From an uncultured Heliobacteriaceae bacterium (GTDB lineage: Bacteria > Acidobacteriota > Blastocatellia > RBC074), in contig CAZLYK010000009.1 of the NCBI GenBank assembly GCA_964563495.1, forward strand, positions 45 to 64,044: 64,000 bases of DNA, given 5' to 3'. The notes beneath the pieces are model-generated. The model had not been told where the DNA came from, made no database searches, and saw only the letters and a program-made list of their open reading frames with translations. Position numbers and translations under genes: made by a program. Shown piece by piece: positions 32,265 to 44,424 of the stretch (positions within the stretch are counted from its first letter, which is position 1; every line of letters begins with the position of its first letter).

Positions 32265-33323
32265 ATGAGCCTGAGACAATCAATCTTATTGCTGTGGTTG
32301 CTACTGTTGTTTCTCGCGGGTTGCAGAACCCAGTCGCCGGACTCTGCGATTGCGCCTCCTCAAACTGAATTCACTGCCGTAGCGAGCGTCAACAAACGGC
32401 CGCCGCCCGGTCCCGCCCCTGCCGGGATGGTCTGGATTCCCGGCGGCACGTTTTGGATGGGTTGCGCGGATTGCAATATGCCCGACGCCTTGCCGGTGCA
32501 CGCAGTCACAGTGGACGGATTCTGGATCGATCAAACGCCGGTCACAAACGCTCAGTTCGAGCAGTTCGTACGGGCGACCGGTTACCGAACTATTGCCGAG
32601 CGTAACCCCGATCCGAAAGATTATCCCGGCGCTGATCCGAACATGCTCGTACCCGGCTCGGCTTGTTTTACCGCGCCGCCGACGGACGTCCCGCTCGATA
32701 ATTTCCTGCAATGGTGGCGGTACGTGCCCGGCGCCAACTGGCGGCATCCTGAAGGGGCGAACTCAACTATCCAGGGACGCGAAAATTATCCGGTCGTGCA
32801 TATTGCCTGGGATGACGCGGCAGCCTACGCGAAATGGGCGGGCAAACGGCTGCCGACCGAAGCCGAATATGAATTTGCCGCGCGGGGCGGGCTTGATCGC
32901 CATCGCTACGCCTGGGGTAATGAGTTGAAGCCCGGAGGCAAATGGCCGGCGAACATCTGGCAGGGAAAGTTTCCCTCAAAGAACACCGGTGAGGATGGCT
33001 ACTCCGGCATATCTCCGGTGAAGGCGTTTCCGCCGAACGGATTTGGACTCTACGACGTGGGCGGCAACGTCTGGCAATGGTGCGCTGATTGGTATCGGCC
33101 CGATTATTATCAAACGCTGGCCGCAGGCGGATCGCGTAACCCCCAGGGGCCTGCCGACAGTTTCGACCCGCAGGAACCGGGAATTCCGAAGCGCGTCCAG
33201 AAGGGCGGTTCGTTCCTCTGCAGCGATCAGTATTGCGTGCGCTATCTGGTTGGCAGCCGCGGCAAGGGCGCGACCGACAGCGGCAGCTCAAACGTCGGTT
33301 TCCGCTGCGCGAGCGGGGGGTGA
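32265..33323 (+). CDS. formylglycine-generating enzyme family protein (lipoprotein)
   Basis: LLLLFLAGC lipobox; WIPGGTFWMGC, RLPTEAEYEFAARGG and GNVWQWCADWY FGE motifs; start trimmed from the track ORF (upstream part is out-of-frame overlap and repeat). Confidence 0.85.
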   Translation: MSLRQSILLLWLLLLFLAGCRTQSPDSAIAPPQTEFTAVASVNKRPPPGPAPAGMVWIPGGTFWMGCADCNMPDALPVHAVTVDGFWIDQTPVTNAQFEQFVRATGYRTIAERNPDPKDYPGADPNMLVPGSACFTAPPTDVPLDNFLQWWRYVPGANWRHPEGANSTIQGRENYPVVHIAWDDAAAYAKWAGKRLPTEAEYEFAARGGLDRHRYAWGNELKPGGKWPANIWQGKFPSKNTGEDGYSGISPVKAFPPNGFGLYDVGGNVWQWCADWYRPDYYQTLAAGGSRNPQGPADSFDPQEPGIPKRVQKGGSFLCSDQYCVRYLVGSRGKGATDSGSSNVGFRCASGG

Positions 33324-33332
33324 AGACGGGTA

Positions 33333-34412
33333 ATGGAAAACTTCGGCTTGAGCAAAGGCGTCTGGGAAGAGCGATGGCATCCGCTCCGCGAGGAGTGGGT
33401 GCTGGTCGCTGCCCATCGCCAGAATCGTCCGTGGAGCGGTGAGACAGTGCAACACGAGGAAAAGCCGTTGCCGGCGTATCTGGAAGATTGTTATCTATGT
33501 CCCGGCAACGCGCGGGTCAGCGGTAAGGTCAACCCGCATTACAGCGGTGTTTATGTCTTCGATAACGATCATCCGTGTGTCGGGTGGGACGCACCGAAAG
33601 ATCTGAAACCTGCTCCCGGCATCTACCGCAACCGCCCGGCGAACGGGATCGCGCGAGTGGTCTGTTATACACCGCGCCACGACCTGACGCTGGCTGAACT
33701 CGATGCCGTTGAAGTTGAAAACCTGCTGGCTGCCTGGCAACAGCAGTACACCGACCTGGGCGCTCACCCCGAGATCAATCACATTCTCTTTTTTGAAAAC
33801 AAAGGGGAAGTCGTTGGCGTCTCGAACCCGCATCCGCACTGCCAGATTTACGCGACCAATTTTGTTTTCAAAACCATCGAGAACGAGGCGCGCGTCAGCC
33901 AGCGGTATTTCGACGAAACCGGCCGCCCGATCTTTGAGGAGATCATTGCGGCCGAACAACAGGACGGCAGCCGGGTGATTTGCGAAAACGCAACGGCCAT
34001 CGCCTTTCTGCCCTACTTCGCACGCTATGCTTACGAAGTCTTTGTCGCGCCGAAAAAGACGCATCCGAGCCTTGCCGCACTGAGCGATGGCGAAGTCCAC
34101 GACCTGGCCGAAGTCTTGCGTGAAACGCTGATTCGCTTCGACAACCTGTGGCGCATGCCTTTCCCTTATGTCATGCCGCTTCATCAGTCTCCGACCGATG
34201 GCGGCGACTATCGCGGCTTTCACTTTCACCTCGAATTTCATCCGCCGCTGAGAAAGCCAAACCTGCTCAAGTATCTGGCCGGCCCGGAGATCGGCGGCGG
34301 CAATTTCCTGAGCGATACGTCGCCGGAAGAAAAGGCCGCTGAGCTCCGCGCGCAACCCACAGAGCATTACAAACATTCTGCAATTTCTCGCGGTTTTCAC
34401 CTGAATGAGTAG
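33333..34412 (+). CDS. galT: galactose-1-phosphate uridylyltransferase
   Basis: CYLCPGN zinc site and [13 protein letters not shown] active-site motif. Confidence 0.85.
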   Translation: MENFGLSKGVWEERWHPLREEWVLVAAHRQNRPWSGETVQHEEKPLPAYLEDCYLCPGNARVSGKVNPHYSGVYVFDNDHPCVGWDAPKDLKPAPGIYRNRPANGIARVVCYTPRHDLTLAELDAVEVENLLAAWQQQYTDLGAHPEINHILFFENKGEVVGVSNPHPHCQIYATNFVFKTIENEARVSQRYFDETGRPIFEEIIAAEQQDGSRVICENATAIAFLPYFARYAYEVFVAPKKTHPSLAALSDGEVHDLAEVLRETLIRFDNLWRMPFPYVMPLHQSPTDGGDYRGFHFHLEFHPPLRKPNLLKYLAGPEIGGGNFLSDTSPEEKAAELRAQPTEHYKHSAISRGFHLNE

Positions 34413-34435
34413 ATCAAAGGAAGAAAATAGACAGG

Positions 34436-34531
34436 ATTGACAGGATTTTCACAGGATTAAACAGGATTTTGTTCTGCCTTGGCTTTGATCCTGTTTAATC
34501 CTGTGAAAATCCTGTCAATCCTGTCTATTTT
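34436..34531. repeat. family A element, copy 13
   Basis: perfect arms; core ttgttctgccttggctttgatc. Confidence 0.95.
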
Positions 34532-34550
34532 CTTCCACGAATGAAGACGA

Positions 34551-35993
34551 ATGAAGTGGAATGATCTAAAGGATACAGCGGCATTCATCGCCTTGCTCGA
34601 TGGTCTGCCTGCCGGATTGCCGGGCTTCTTCGGTGACGAGCGGCCATTGATCGTCACGCGTGCGCCGGGCCGGCTCGATCTGATGGGCGGGATCGCCGAT
34701 TACAGCGGCTCGCTGGTGCTGCAATGGCCGATCGAGGCGGCGACGCACGTCGCCCTGCAACGAACCACCGAGCCGGCGCTACAAATTGTCAGTCTGCGCG
34801 CAGAGGGCGGCCAGGCGCGGCGCCAATTTAATTTGCCGCTGAGCAATCTTTTGATACGCGGCGAAGCAATTGCCTATGACAAAGCCCGCGAATGGTTCGA
34901 CGATCATCCCGACGATCACTGGGCGGCATATGCAGCCGGCGCATTTCTCGTGCTCATGCGCGAGCGAGGCGCGGTCTTTAACCAGGGGGCGGGGATTCTG
35001 ATCCGCTCCGACGTGCCCGAGGGCAAGGGCGTCAGTTCATCCGCCGCGCTCGAAATCGCCGTCATGCAGGCGATCTCCGTCGCGTATGACATCGCCCTGA
35101 CGCCGCCCGAAATGGCCTTTCTCTGCCAGAAGGTTGAAAACCTGATCGCGGGCGCTCCGTGCGGCGTCATGGATCAGATGACTTCAGCGTGCGGCGAAGC
35201 GAACCGTCTGCTTGCCCTCCTCTGCCAACCCGGTGAACTGAAAGGTACGGTCATGTTGCCCGCGGAACTGGCGATCTGGGGCATAGATTCCGGGATTCGT
35301 CACGCGGTCACCGGAGTCGATTACGGTGCGGTGCGGACGGCGGCTTTTATGGGCTACCGGATAATTGCGGAGCTGGCGGGTCTGAAAGCGGAAGAGCTAT
35401 CGCCAGGTCGCGTCAAGATAGATGACCATCGCTGGAACGGCTACCTGGCCAATCTCTCGCCGCAGGAATTCGAGCGATCATTCGCCGCACACCTGCCGCA
35501 GGAGATGTCCGGCGCGGAGTTCCTGGCCAATTACCAGGGCATCACGGATACCGTGACAGATGTAGTTCCTGACCGCCGTTATCCGGTTTTTCAAGCGACA
35601 CGCCATCCAATCTATGAACACGCGCGTGTCAGTGAGTTTGCCGCGCTGCTTGATCACGAACGGCCTCTTGTCCGCGCCGAACGGCTCGGCGAATTGATGT
35701 ACGAATCGCACGAGAGTTATTCCGCCTGTGGTCTCGGCTCAGAAGGTACAGATCAACTGGTGCGGCTGGTGCGGCAAGCCGGGCCTGAGTCGGGTCTGTT
35801 CGGCGCAAAGATCACAGGCGGCGGCAGCGGCGGCACGGTTGCAGTGCTCGGTCGCCGCGACGCCGGAACGGTCGTCGGCCGGATCGCCCGGCAGTATGCG
35901 GAACAGACGGGCCACCAGGCGCTCATCATCTCAGGCTCTTCGCGGGGCGCAGGAGCATTCGGTCATCTGATACTAAGAAATAGACAGGATTGA
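34551..35993 (+). CDS. GHMP kinase, galactokinase-like
   Basis: [20 protein letters not shown] galactokinase-signature-like; [20 protein letters not shown] motif; 480 aa, longer than typical GalK; C-terminal NRQD* from the repeat. Confidence 0.7.
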   Translation: MKWNDLKDTAAFIALLDGLPAGLPGFFGDERPLIVTRAPGRLDLMGGIADYSGSLVLQWPIEAATHVALQRTTEPALQIVSLRAEGGQARRQFNLPLSNLLIRGEAIAYDKAREWFDDHPDDHWAAYAAGAFLVLMRERGAVFNQGAGILIRSDVPEGKGVSSSAALEIAVMQAISVAYDIALTPPEMAFLCQKVENLIAGAPCGVMDQMTSACGEANRLLALLCQPGELKGTVMLPAELAIWGIDSGIRHAVTGVDYGAVRTAAFMGYRIIAELAGLKAEELSPGRVKIDDHRWNGYLANLSPQEFERSFAAHLPQEMSGAEFLANYQGITDTVTDVVPDRRYPVFQATRHPIYEHARVSEFAALLDHERPLVRAERLGELMYESHESYSACGLGSEGTDQLVRLVRQAGPESGLFGAKITGGGSGGTVAVLGRRDAGTVVGRIARQYAEQTGHQALIISGSSRGAGAFGHLILRNRQD

Positions 35994-36082
35994 CAGGATT
36001 TTCACAGGATTAAACCGGATTTCTTTCTGCCTTGTCTTTGATCCGGTTTAATCCTGTGAAAATCCTGTCAATCCTGTCTATT
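35979..36082. repeat. family A element, copy 14
   Basis: arms with aaaccggat/atccggttt variant; core ttctttctgccttgtctttgatc. Confidence 0.95.
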
Positions 36083-36093
36083 AGGAGGCGGTA

Positions 36094-37146
36094 ATGGCAA
36101 TTCTGGTCACAGGCGGCGCGGGCTATATCGGCAGCGTCATGGTTGAATTGTTGCGTGAAAGAGGCGAGCAGGTAGTCGTCCTGGATAACCTCTTTCGCGG
36201 CCATCGCGAAGCCGTCGATCTGAGCGTGCCGTTTTATCAGGGACGGATCGGCGACCGCGAACTGGTCGGGCGCATCTGCGCCGAACACCAGATCGAAGAC
36301 TGCGTTCACTTTGCTGCGCTTGCCTATGTAGGCGAATCGGTCAGCAACCCGAAGCTATACTTTGAAAATAATGTCGAGGAGGGGATCGCCCTGCTCGGCT
36401 CGTTGCTCAATGCGGGTGTGCAACGCTTTGTCTTTTCGTCGACCTGCGCGACTTATGGCGAACCCCAGTATGTGCCGATCGACGAGCAGCATCCTCAGTC
36501 ACCGACCAACCCGTACGGCTGGTCGAAACTCATGATTGAAAAGGCGCTGGCGGCTTATCAGCAGGCGTACGGGTTGAGGTATGTCGCGCTGCGTTACTTC
36601 AATGCGTCCGGGGCGACCCCGCAACGCGGCGAAGACCACACGCCCGAAACCCATCTCATCCCCAATGTGCTTTCCGCCGCAATGGGCAGGCTCTCGCACG
36701 TCTCCGTCTTCGGCGGTGATTACCCGACACCCGACGGCACGGCGATCCGCGATTACGTACACGTCGTTGACCTGTCTTCCGCGCACGTGCTGGCGCTTGA
36801 ACACCTGCGCCGGGGCGATCCGTCTGAGTGCATAAATCTGGGGACGGGGCACGGCTATTCGGTCATGGAAGTGATCGAAACCGCGCGTCGCGTCACCGCC
36901 AAGCCGATCAAAATACGGATCGAACCACGCCGCCCGGGCGATCCGTCGCGCCTGGTCGCCAACGCCGACAAAGCACGCGCCGTGCTGGGCTGGCAGCCGC
37001 GCTACAACCGGATCGAAACTATCATTGAGACGGCCTGGGCTTGGCATGAGGCGCATCCCGGGGGCTATCTGCCCGGGGGCTATCTGGTTGACAAACCGGG
37101 AGCTGAACAGATAACTTCAAAATTCAAGATCAATCCAATTCTGTGA
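36094..37146 (+). CDS. galE: UDP-glucose 4-epimerase (second copy)
   Basis: [14 protein letters not shown]; 350 aa; paralog of 15467..16441. Confidence 0.85.
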   Translation: MAILVTGGAGYIGSVMVELLRERGEQVVVLDNLFRGHREAVDLSVPFYQGRIGDRELVGRICAEHQIEDCVHFAALAYVGESVSNPKLYFENNVEEGIALLGSLLNAGVQRFVFSSTCATYGEPQYVPIDEQHPQSPTNPYGWSKLMIEKALAAYQQAYGLRYVALRYFNASGATPQRGEDHTPETHLIPNVLSAAMGRLSHVSVFGGDYPTPDGTAIRDYVHVVDLSSAHVLALEHLRRGDPSECINLGTGHGYSVMEVIETARRVTAKPIKIRIEPRRPGDPSRLVANADKARAVLGWQPRYNRIETIIETAWAWHEAHPGGYLPGGYLVDKPGAEQITSKFKINPIL

Positions 37147-37163
37147 ACAATGCCTGACTTGAT

Positions 37164-37442
37164 TTGAGCATGGTTGCGAGACGGTTTCTCATCTTCGGGA
37201 CGGTTCAGGGCGTAGGATATCGATTCTTCGTCCTCCGCGCCGCAGCGAGACATCAGGTCCTGGGGACGGTGAAAAATCTTCCTGACGGGCGTGTCGAGGT
37301 GATGGCTGAAGGAGATCGCGAGGCCGTCGATGAATTCAAACACGATCTTCTGACCGGTCCCGCTTTTGCCCACGTCACCGATATCGACGAAACCGACATC
37401 CCGGTGACGGGGCTCTATCGCGACTTCAGAATCGACTTCTAA
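37164..37442 (+). CDS. acylphosphatase
   Basis: 92 aa; FGTVQGVGYRFF acylphosphatase signature. Confidence 0.8.
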   Translation: MSMVARRFLIFGTVQGVGYRFFVLRAAARHQVLGTVKNLPDGRVEVMAEGDREAVDEFKHDLLTGPAFAHVTDIDETDIPVTGLYRDFRIDF

Positions 37443-37536
37443 ATAGACAGGATTGACAGGATTCCTGCAGGATTAAACAGGATCAAAGACAAAGCATAAA
37501 AAATCTTGTTTAATCCTGCGGGAATCCTGTCTATTT
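37442..37536. repeat. family A element, copy 15
   Basis: core in reverse orientation (caaagacaaagcataaaaaatc); right arm one heptad shorter. Confidence 0.9.
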
Positions 37537-37557
37537 TAACCGAGGAGATGAATCTAC

Positions 37558-38103
37558 ATGCCCGTTATTCACTCTGAAGAAGAGAACCAGTTGAAATCGC
37601 TGATCCGTGAAATCCCCGATTTTCCCAAACCCGGCATTCTTTTTTACGACATTACGACTTTGTTGAAGGACGCAAAAGGGCTGCGATCGATCATCGACCG
37701 GACGACCGATCATTTCCGCAATCATACGGTCGACGTCGTGATCGGCATCGAAGCTCGTGGTTTTATCTTTGCGCCGGCGCTGGCTTACCATCTGGGAGCG
37801 GGTTTTGTCCCCGTTCGCAAGCCCAAGAAGTTGCCGGCTGAAGTCGAAAGCTGGAGCTATGATTTGGAATATGGCAAGGACACGCTGGAGATTCACCGCG
37901 ACGCAGTGGGCAAAGGGCACAACGTGATCATTGCCGATGACCTTCTGGCCACCGGCGGAACGGCCGAAGCGGTGGTTAAGCTGGTCGAGAAGCTCGGCGG
38001 CCACGTCGCCGGCCTCTCATTCGTGATCGAACTGGAATTTCTCAAGGGGCGCGACAAGCTGGCTGGCTACGATGTCTTATCGCTGTTAAAATACCAGTCG
38101 TAA
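37558..38103 (+). CDS. apt: adenine phosphoribosyltransferase
   Basis: 181 aa; [20 protein letters not shown]-binding motif. Confidence 0.9.
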   Translation: MPVIHSEEENQLKSLIREIPDFPKPGILFYDITTLLKDAKGLRSIIDRTTDHFRNHTVDVVIGIEARGFIFAPALAYHLGAGFVPVRKPKKLPAEVESWSYDLEYGKDTLEIHRDAVGKGHNVIIADDLLATGGTAEAVVKLVEKLGGHVAGLSFVIELEFLKGRDKLAGYDVLSLLKYQS

Positions 38104-38110
38104 TTTGAGG

Positions 38111-38184
<74 letters not shown>

Positions 38185-38317
38185 TCAGTCTTTCCAAGAG
38201 CCTTGATTGGCTGCCAGATTGTAAATACAGAAAAATAAGCAGAGTCGTGAGAGGTAAGGCATTGAAGCTGGTTCAGCCCGTCTCGAAACGGGATCAGGCG
38301 AGGGCTTCGATGACAAG

Positions 38318-39892
38318 GTGATTATGAAGATCAATGTAAGATTAGCGGAGCTCAACGGACAATCGACCAGGCCGGTCCTGGCGCTCAGGGAGACAGATAA
38401 CGTCGGCGTCGCGCGAGTCCCATTATCATCCGGGGAGACGGTTGAAGTGGGGGGTCGTCGAATTGAGGTGCGCGAAGCGATTGCACCCGGTCACAAGCTC
38501 GCGCTGCAGCCGATTGCGGATGGGAGTCCCGTGATCAAGTACGGAGAGGTGATCGCGAAAGCCACCCGCGACATTGCTCAGGGAGCATGGGTGCATACGC
38601 ACAACACAGCGCCGGACTTCAGCGGGCGCGAATACGAGTATGCGACCCGGACCCCGGTTACCGATTTCTTCCCGCCGGAGCGGGTCGAGACCTTTATGGG
38701 GTACCTGCGCGAGAACGGCGATGTCGGCACACGCAACTATATCGCGGTCATCGCCACCTCCAATTGTTCAAGCCACGTCACCTCCGAGATCGCCGAGAGG
38801 CTGCGGCACGTCAATCAGAAGACACACGGCGTCGATGGGGTGATTGCCATTCCGCATCAGGAAGGCTGCGGCCATTCGCAGGGCGAAGACACCTGGCAGC
38901 TCGAGCGTACGATCGCCGGGATGATCTTCCACCCGAACGTCGGGGCTGTGCTCATGGTCAGCCTCGGCTGTGAGGTCAACCAGATCTCGAAATACCTCGG
39001 CACGACCCAGCTCGGCCAGCAGGCTTTCCGAAAGGGGAAGCTGATCGTCGGCCTGGAGATGCAATCCACCGGGGGCACGCTTAAAACCATCGAGGGCGGC
39101 GTCCGCCAGGTTGAGCAACTGATCGAGCATTGTCAGGTGATGAAGCGCACCGAGCAACCGCTCGGCAAAATCATACTCGGCACTAACTGCGGCGGTTCGG
39201 ATGCCTTCTCGGGAATTTCCTCCAATCCGGCTCTGGGGTATGCGAGCGATCTGCTCATCCGTTCGGGAGGAACTTCCGCCATCGCGGAGATACCCGAATG
39301 TATGGGCGCCGAGCACCTGCTCACCCGTCGCGCGATCGATGAGGCGACCGGGCGTAAAGTAATCGACGTGGTCCACTGGTATCAAAATTATCTGCAGCGC
39401 TTCGGCGCCTCGTGGGATGACAACCCTTCTCCGGGCAATAAGGCGGGCGGGATCACAAACATCACCGAAAAGTCGCTGGGGGCTGTGGCAAAAGGCGGGA
39501 CGACGGCGCTGACCGGCGTTTACGCTTATGCCGAGCGGATTGACAGAAAAGGCTTCGTCCTCATGAACACGCCAGGCTACGACCCGGTCTCGCTGACGGG
39601 CCTTGCGGCAGGCGGAGCGAATATGATCGTCTTTACGACCGGCCGCGGATCCGGCATCGGTTTCCCCGTGGTTCCGGTCATCAAGGTCTCATCGAACTCT
39701 CGGATCGCTTCGATCATGGAAGACAACATTGATATCAACGCCGGAACCATTGTTGACGGGAAAGAGACGATCCAAGAGGTGGGGCGGCGGATCTTTGATT
39801 TGATCCGGCGTGTCGCTTCGGGTGAACGGACGAAGAGCGAGTTGCTGGGCCATAAAGAGTTTGTGCCCTGGCGCGTCGGACCGGTCCTGTGA
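38318..39892 (+). CDS. UxaA-family altronate/galactarate dehydratase
   Basis: N-terminal SAF domain then C-terminal UxaA-like domain; 524 aa. Confidence 0.75.
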   Translation: MIMKINVRLAELNGQSTRPVLALRETDNVGVARVPLSSGETVEVGGRRIEVREAIAPGHKLALQPIADGSPVIKYGEVIAKATRDIAQGAWVHTHNTAPDFSGREYEYATRTPVTDFFPPERVETFMGYLRENGDVGTRNYIAVIATSNCSSHVTSEIAERLRHVNQKTHGVDGVIAIPHQEGCGHSQGEDTWQLERTIAGMIFHPNVGAVLMVSLGCEVNQISKYLGTTQLGQQAFRKGKLIVGLEMQSTGGTLKTIEGGVRQVEQLIEHCQVMKRTEQPLGKIILGTNCGGSDAFSGISSNPALGYASDLLIRSGGTSAIAEIPECMGAEHLLTRRAIDEATGRKVIDVVHWYQNYLQRFGASWDDNPSPGNKAGGITNITEKSLGAVAKGGTTALTGVYAYAERIDRKGFVLMNTPGYDPVSLTGLAAGGANMIVFTTGRGSGIGFPVVPVIKVSSNSRIASIMEDNIDINAGTIVDGKETIQEVGRRIFDLIRRVASGERTKSELLGHKEFVPWRVGPVL

Positions 39893-39907
39893 GCAGAGCA
39901 AAAAAGA

Positions 39908-39980
39908 AAATAGACAGGATTAACAGGATTTCAACCGGATTAAACAGGATCTAAGGCAGGCAATAAAGATCTTGTCTCGA
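39908..39980. repeat. family A element, right arm degenerate
   Basis: aatagacaggattaacaggatttcaaccggattaaacaggatctaaggcaggcaataaagatcttgtctc. Confidence 0.75.
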
Positions 39981-39994
39981 AAGGGGTTCTCAAA

Positions 39995-41611
39995 GTGGGA
40001 TATCGAAAGCTGGTTAGAGTGATGGGCCTGTTGCTGATGTTACTCGGGTGCACGGTGGGCTGGGGTTCGGGCCGGCCGGCTGAGGGCGGCAAGCCCGCGG
40101 ACTGGCTGACCGACGGCGGCAACCCGCAGCGGACCGCCTGGCAACAGGATGAACAGACAATCACGACGGCCAACGTCAGGAATATCAAGCTGCTCTGGAA
40201 GATCAAGCTCGATAACCAGCCACGTCAAATGCATTCGCTGCTGCCGGCGCTGGTTGTCGGCCGGGTCGAGACGAGCAGCGGCCCCAAACAGATCGTCATC
40301 GTCACGGGTGTTTCGGACAACATCTATGCGATCGATGCCGACAAGGGAGAGCTGCTCTGGAAGCATCATTTTGAGACCGATTGGACGCCGCCACCTGGCG
40401 GGAGGGGGGAGGGGATCCTGTGCCCGGGCGGCATCACCGCGACGCCGGTCATCGGACCGGCGGGCACACCGGGCAAGTACACGATCTATGCTGCGGCCTG
40501 GGACGGGACGCTGCGCCGGTTGAACGTCGCCGACGGCAAGGAGGTCGCGCCGCCCGCAAAGTTCATGCCGCCCAATGGGAAGCCATACGCGCTGAACCTG
40601 GTCAATCATGTGATCTATACGCACACCGCGCAGGGCTGCGGCGGCAATCCGAATATGGTCTATACCTACGATCTGGCCACGGACCAGGTCGGCTCGTGGG
40701 GGCCGGCCGGCGGTGGTATGTGGGGTCGAACCGGTCCCGCGATCAGCTCAAACGGAACCATGTACACGGGCACGGGGGACGGGCGATGGGATCCGGAGAA
40801 CGGCATTTACGGCAACGGCATCATCGGGGTCAAGCAGAACCCACAGACGAAGGCCGTCGAACTGGTTGATTATTACGGACCTTCCAATGCCGAATGGCTC
40901 TTTAAGCGCGACCTGGATATGCAGGTCACTCCGGCGATCTTCAATCACAAAGGCAAGGAACTGATGGTCGATGCGGGCAAGGAATGCCGGGTCTACCTCA
41001 TGGACACGGAATCGATCGGAGGAGACGACCATCGCACGCCTCTCTTCCGGACCCCGCTGATCTGCAACGAAGAGGTCAACTTCGCCTCGGCCGGCATCTG
41101 GGGCTCGATGGCGAGTTGGGCCGACTCGAAGGGCACGCGCTGGGTGCTGACGCCGTTCTGGGGGCCGAAACATTCGGCTTTTAAGGCTCCAATCGAATAC
41201 GGCCCGGTCAAATATGGCGCGATCGCGGCCTTCAAGGTGGAAGAGAGAAACGGCAAATGGCAGTTGGCGCCGGCCTGGATCTCACGCGATATGAACCGGG
41301 CGGAGCCGCCGGTGATCGCCAATGGAATCATCTTCGCCTACGGCAACGGGGAAGATACGGACCAGGCGGCGTTCGATATCGGGCTCGCCTACAACAACGC
41401 CGCGCAGCGCATCGCGGGCTCGACCCACGCGGTCTTGTATGCTCTGGACGCCCAGACCGGCAAAGAGTTGTGGTCGAGCGGCGATCAGATCGCCTCGTGG
41501 AGCCACTGGGGAGGGCTTTCGATCGCCAACGGCCGGGTCTACATCAATACGTTTGACGGCTTTCAGTACTGCTTCGGTATCAGGGGCGCTGCTGAACAGT
41601 CGGCTCCCTAA
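39995..41611 (+). CDS. PQQ-dependent dehydrogenase-like beta-propeller protein (secreted)
   Basis: signal peptide; N-terminus [12 protein letters not shown]...NV.NIKLLW...[15 protein letters not shown] follows the quinoprotein ADH pattern (W..yGgd..ntRyS...NV..L...W...vYAlDa.TG..lW). Confidence 0.65.
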   Translation: MGYRKLVRVMGLLLMLLGCTVGWGSGRPAEGGKPADWLTDGGNPQRTAWQQDEQTITTANVRNIKLLWKIKLDNQPRQMHSLLPALVVGRVETSSGPKQIVIVTGVSDNIYAIDADKGELLWKHHFETDWTPPPGGRGEGILCPGGITATPVIGPAGTPGKYTIYAAAWDGTLRRLNVADGKEVAPPAKFMPPNGKPYALNLVNHVIYTHTAQGCGGNPNMVYTYDLATDQVGSWGPAGGGMWGRTGPAISSNGTMYTGTGDGRWDPENGIYGNGIIGVKQNPQTKAVELVDYYGPSNAEWLFKRDLDMQVTPAIFNHKGKELMVDAGKECRVYLMDTESIGGDDHRTPLFRTPLICNEEVNFASAGIWGSMASWADSKGTRWVLTPFWGPKHSAFKAPIEYGPVKYGAIAAFKVEERNGKWQLAPAWISRDMNRAEPPVIANGIIFAYGNGEDTDQAAFDIGLAYNNAAQRIAGSTHAVLYALDAQTGKELWSSGDQIASWSHWGGLSIANGRVYINTFDGFQYCFGIRGAAEQSAP

Positions 41612-41637
41612 AAGTTTTTCTCCGGAATGGGGGCGAG

Positions 41638-42555
41638 ATGCAACAACAATGTAAAACGTGCGGTTATGAGTCTCCGGATGTTGATAAGTTCTGCAGGCAA
41701 TGCGGCAGCCAGTTGTCCATGGAGAGTGAATTTTCGTCTGCTCCGACGGCAAACCAGGTCAAAGCAGGGCAGAACCCGCCGGCAGCAAGCGTCAACACAG
41801 GGAGGTTTCCTCCAAGTGTAGGCGACGCCATTGCCGGGGAAACCGAACGTATCTATTCTGTGCCGCAATATGCGCCGAGACCGATAAATATCGCGTATCC
41901 TCAGGATTTTGCGCCGCCCAGGGATGTCTCTTCCTCATGGCCAAAGTCATTATCCGGCCTCTTGAAGGGTGCCTTTCTGTTCATGGTCTTCGCCGCATTG
42001 TTGGCGGCGACAGCTGGGGCGGTCTTTTTCTCGCAGGAAGCTTCCCACGAAAGAGAGCGGCGTTATCAGTTGGAGAACAGAGCTCGGGGGAGGGAAGGTG
42101 GGAATAACGCCAATGGCCGGGCTCAGAATGCCTGGGAGCAAACGGAGGATGCGATCAACCTGCTCCAGGCAGCGGGGGAGAAGGCGGCGGGCGCCGGTGC
42201 GACGATCTCGATCGCCGGCGAAAAGCCGATCGATCTGGGTAAATACGCCTACCCCGGCGCCAAGGTGGAGGCGACGGTCGGCAGCTTCGGCAACGAGGCG
42301 CTCTCTTTGCTGACTCACCAGAACTTCGACACGGTCCGGGCATTTTATGAGAGACAATTCGGCAAACCGGTCATTCAAGTGGTGGACAAGTCCATGGGGG
42401 ATAATCGAAATAAGCTGATCTTCCAGTCTTCCAGCCCGGCTACCGTCCTGATCAGAATCGAAGAGTTTGAAGATAACCAGGTCAAGATCACGATCCTGCA
42501 TTCACTTTTACGGTTTCCGAGGAGCGATGACATCCAGCCACAAAGTTCCAGGTGA
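41638..42555 (+). CDS. zinc-ribbon (CxxC...CxxC) membrane protein
   Basis: MQQQCKTCGYESPDVDKFCRQCG then a TM helix; 305 aa. Confidence 0.5.
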   Translation: MQQQCKTCGYESPDVDKFCRQCGSQLSMESEFSSAPTANQVKAGQNPPAASVNTGRFPPSVGDAIAGETERIYSVPQYAPRPINIAYPQDFAPPRDVSSSWPKSLSGLLKGAFLFMVFAALLAATAGAVFFSQEASHERERRYQLENRARGREGGNNANGRAQNAWEQTEDAINLLQAAGEKAAGAGATISIAGEKPIDLGKYAYPGAKVEATVGSFGNEALSLLTHQNFDTVRAFYERQFGKPVIQVVDKSMGDNRNKLIFQSSSPATVLIRIEEFEDNQVKITILHSLLRFPRSDDIQPQSSR

Positions 42556-42605
42556 AGGTACTGGCTATTATCTGCCGCCGCTTCGCGGCGAGTGTCCGAA
42601 GAAGA

Positions 42606-42689
42606 AATAGACAGGATTAACAGGATTTTCTTCTGCCTTGTCTTTGACCCTGTTTAATCCTGAGAAAATCCTGTTAATCCTGTCTATTT
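42606..42689. repeat. family A element, copy 17
   Basis: aatagacaggattaacaggattttcttctgccttgtctttgaccctgtttaatcctgagaaaatcctgttaatcctgtctattt. Confidence 0.95.
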
Positions 42690-42721
42690 CTTCTCATTCA
42701 ACTGAAAGAGGAGATTTCGCC

Positions 42722-44395
42722 ATGATCAGACTTGCTGCTGCAGTCATTGTCTTTTTCGGCTGTGCCGTTGTCTGGACAGGAGCCGCTAAGGCCCAGGGAC
42801 GAGACTGGATGACCGACAACGGCGATGCGCAGCGATCATCCTGGATCAGAGGGGATGCGAAGATTTCGAAGGACACTCTGCAGAAGCCGGGCTTTCAGTT
42901 CCTCTGGAAGCTCAAGCTCAAGAATGCGCCAAGGCAGTTGAACTCATTGACGCCGCCCTCGACTCTTGATCGACTGATTGGATACCGGGGTTTTCGGATG
43001 CTCGGATTTGTCGGCGGGAGTTCGGATAATATTTTCACGATCGACACAGACCTCGGCCGTATCGAATGGGAGAAACACCTCAAATCCACGGCTCCGGCCC
43101 GGGTTGGAACACTGGCTTGTCCTGGGGGCATGACGACGGGAGTGACCCGCCCGACCATCGCCACGCTGCCGCCATTAGCGGGTGGCAGGGGTGGCGGGGG
43201 TGGCGGACGCAGCTCCCCGGCGAAAAGCGGAGTCGGTCAACCGAATGAGGGGGCCGTCACCCTGGCGCAGGTTCGGCCGAACCCTCCAGCGCCGCCGCCG
43301 AGCGCAGCGCCTGCGGCCCCGCCTCGTGTCAATCCCGCGACCCCCCCGGGAGGCCAGTTCGGCAGCGGGCCCTTTCTCGTCTACGCCTTGTCGAGCGACG
43401 GAATGCTGCACTCGATGCACCTTTCGAATGGCGCCGATTTCGAAGCGCCGGTGAAATTCCTGCCGCCCAACGCCAACGCCAACGGCCTGATCGTGATCGA
43501 TAACATCGCCTATGTCGTGACCGAGGGGAATTGTGGCGGCGCGGCGAACGGTGTCTGGGCGCTCGATCTTGTCTCGAAGCAGGTTGCCGTCTGGAAAGCG
43601 AACGTTTCAGGGTCAGCCGGTCCTGCTTTTAACGGAAATGGAACGATCTACGTGGCGACGGTGGGCGGAGGTGAAACACCCAACTCTCTTGTCGCCCTCG
43701 ACCCGAAAACCCTCGAGGTGAAGGATTGGTATTCAGCCGGCAACCAGGCATTCTCTTCCACGCCGGTTATCTTCGCGTACAAAGGAAAAAACCTGATCGC
43801 CGCCACCACCAAAGATGGGCGAGTGCATCTGCTCGACAGCCAAAATCTGGGAGGAGCGGATCATCAGACTCCGCTTTTCGCATCGCCCGCATCAGCGAAA
43901 TCGGGAGATTTTGCGCCGGGTGCGCTGGCGAGCTGGCAGGATCCGAGCGGCACGCGCTGGATTCTGGCGCCGGCAATCGGCAGGCAGGCAGCCGATGCGG
44001 GATTCAGTGCCGCCAACGGCACCGTGACCAGGGGCTCCGTCGTCGCCTGGAAGATCGTTGACGAGAACGGTGCACCCACTCTCCAGCCGGGTTGGGCTTC
44101 GCGCGATCTGGTCTCGCCGCTGCCTCCCACGATCATCAACGGCGTGGTCTTCGTTACCTCAAGCGGTGAGTTCCGTTCGAGCGACGGCAAGTTGACCGCG
44201 ACCCAACGCGCCCTGCGTTCGTCACGCGCGGTGCTGTATGCGCTCGATGGGATGACCGGTAAGGAGCTGTGGAACAGCGGCGCGACGATCACTTCCTTTA
44301 CCCGTGGCGGCGCGCTCTCCGGCGGCATGGGCCAGATCTATCTAACCACTCACGACGGGACGATCTACGCGTTCGGTTTCCCGATGGAGCATTGA
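42722..44395 (+). CDS. PQQ-dependent dehydrogenase-like beta-propeller protein, paralog with a Gly/Pro-rich insert
   Basis: signal peptide; [13 protein letters not shown]...FQFLWKLKL pattern parallels 39995..41611; start trimmed past the repeat to ATG 42722 (SD aaagaggag). Confidence 0.65.
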   Translation: MIRLAAAVIVFFGCAVVWTGAAKAQGRDWMTDNGDAQRSSWIRGDAKISKDTLQKPGFQFLWKLKLKNAPRQLNSLTPPSTLDRLIGYRGFRMLGFVGGSSDNIFTIDTDLGRIEWEKHLKSTAPARVGTLACPGGMTTGVTRPTIATLPPLAGGRGGGGGGRSSPAKSGVGQPNEGAVTLAQVRPNPPAPPPSAAPAAPPRVNPATPPGGQFGSGPFLVYALSSDGMLHSMHLSNGADFEAPVKFLPPNANANGLIVIDNIAYVVTEGNCGGAANGVWALDLVSKQVAVWKANVSGSAGPAFNGNGTIYVATVGGGETPNSLVALDPKTLEVKDWYSAGNQAFSSTPVIFAYKGKNLIAATTKDGRVHLLDSQNLGGADHQTPLFASPASAKSGDFAPGALASWQDPSGTRWILAPAIGRQAADAGFSAANGTVTRGSVVAWKIVDENGAPTLQPGWASRDLVSPLPPTIINGVVFVTSSGEFRSSDGKLTATQRALRSSRAVLYALDGMTGKELWNSGATITSFTRGGALSGGMGQIYLTTHDGTIYAFGFPMEH

Positions 44396-44424
44396 AGTCT
44401 CTTCGCTTGCGTGTGCATCTTGCT

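Noticed and set aside
42638-42721. N-terminal extensions of track ORFs that translate the repeat (…EKILLILSI…, [14 protein letters not shown])
   Set aside because: These peptides are just translations of family A arms. The real starts (signal peptide plus SD) lie downstream, so coordinates were trimmed.
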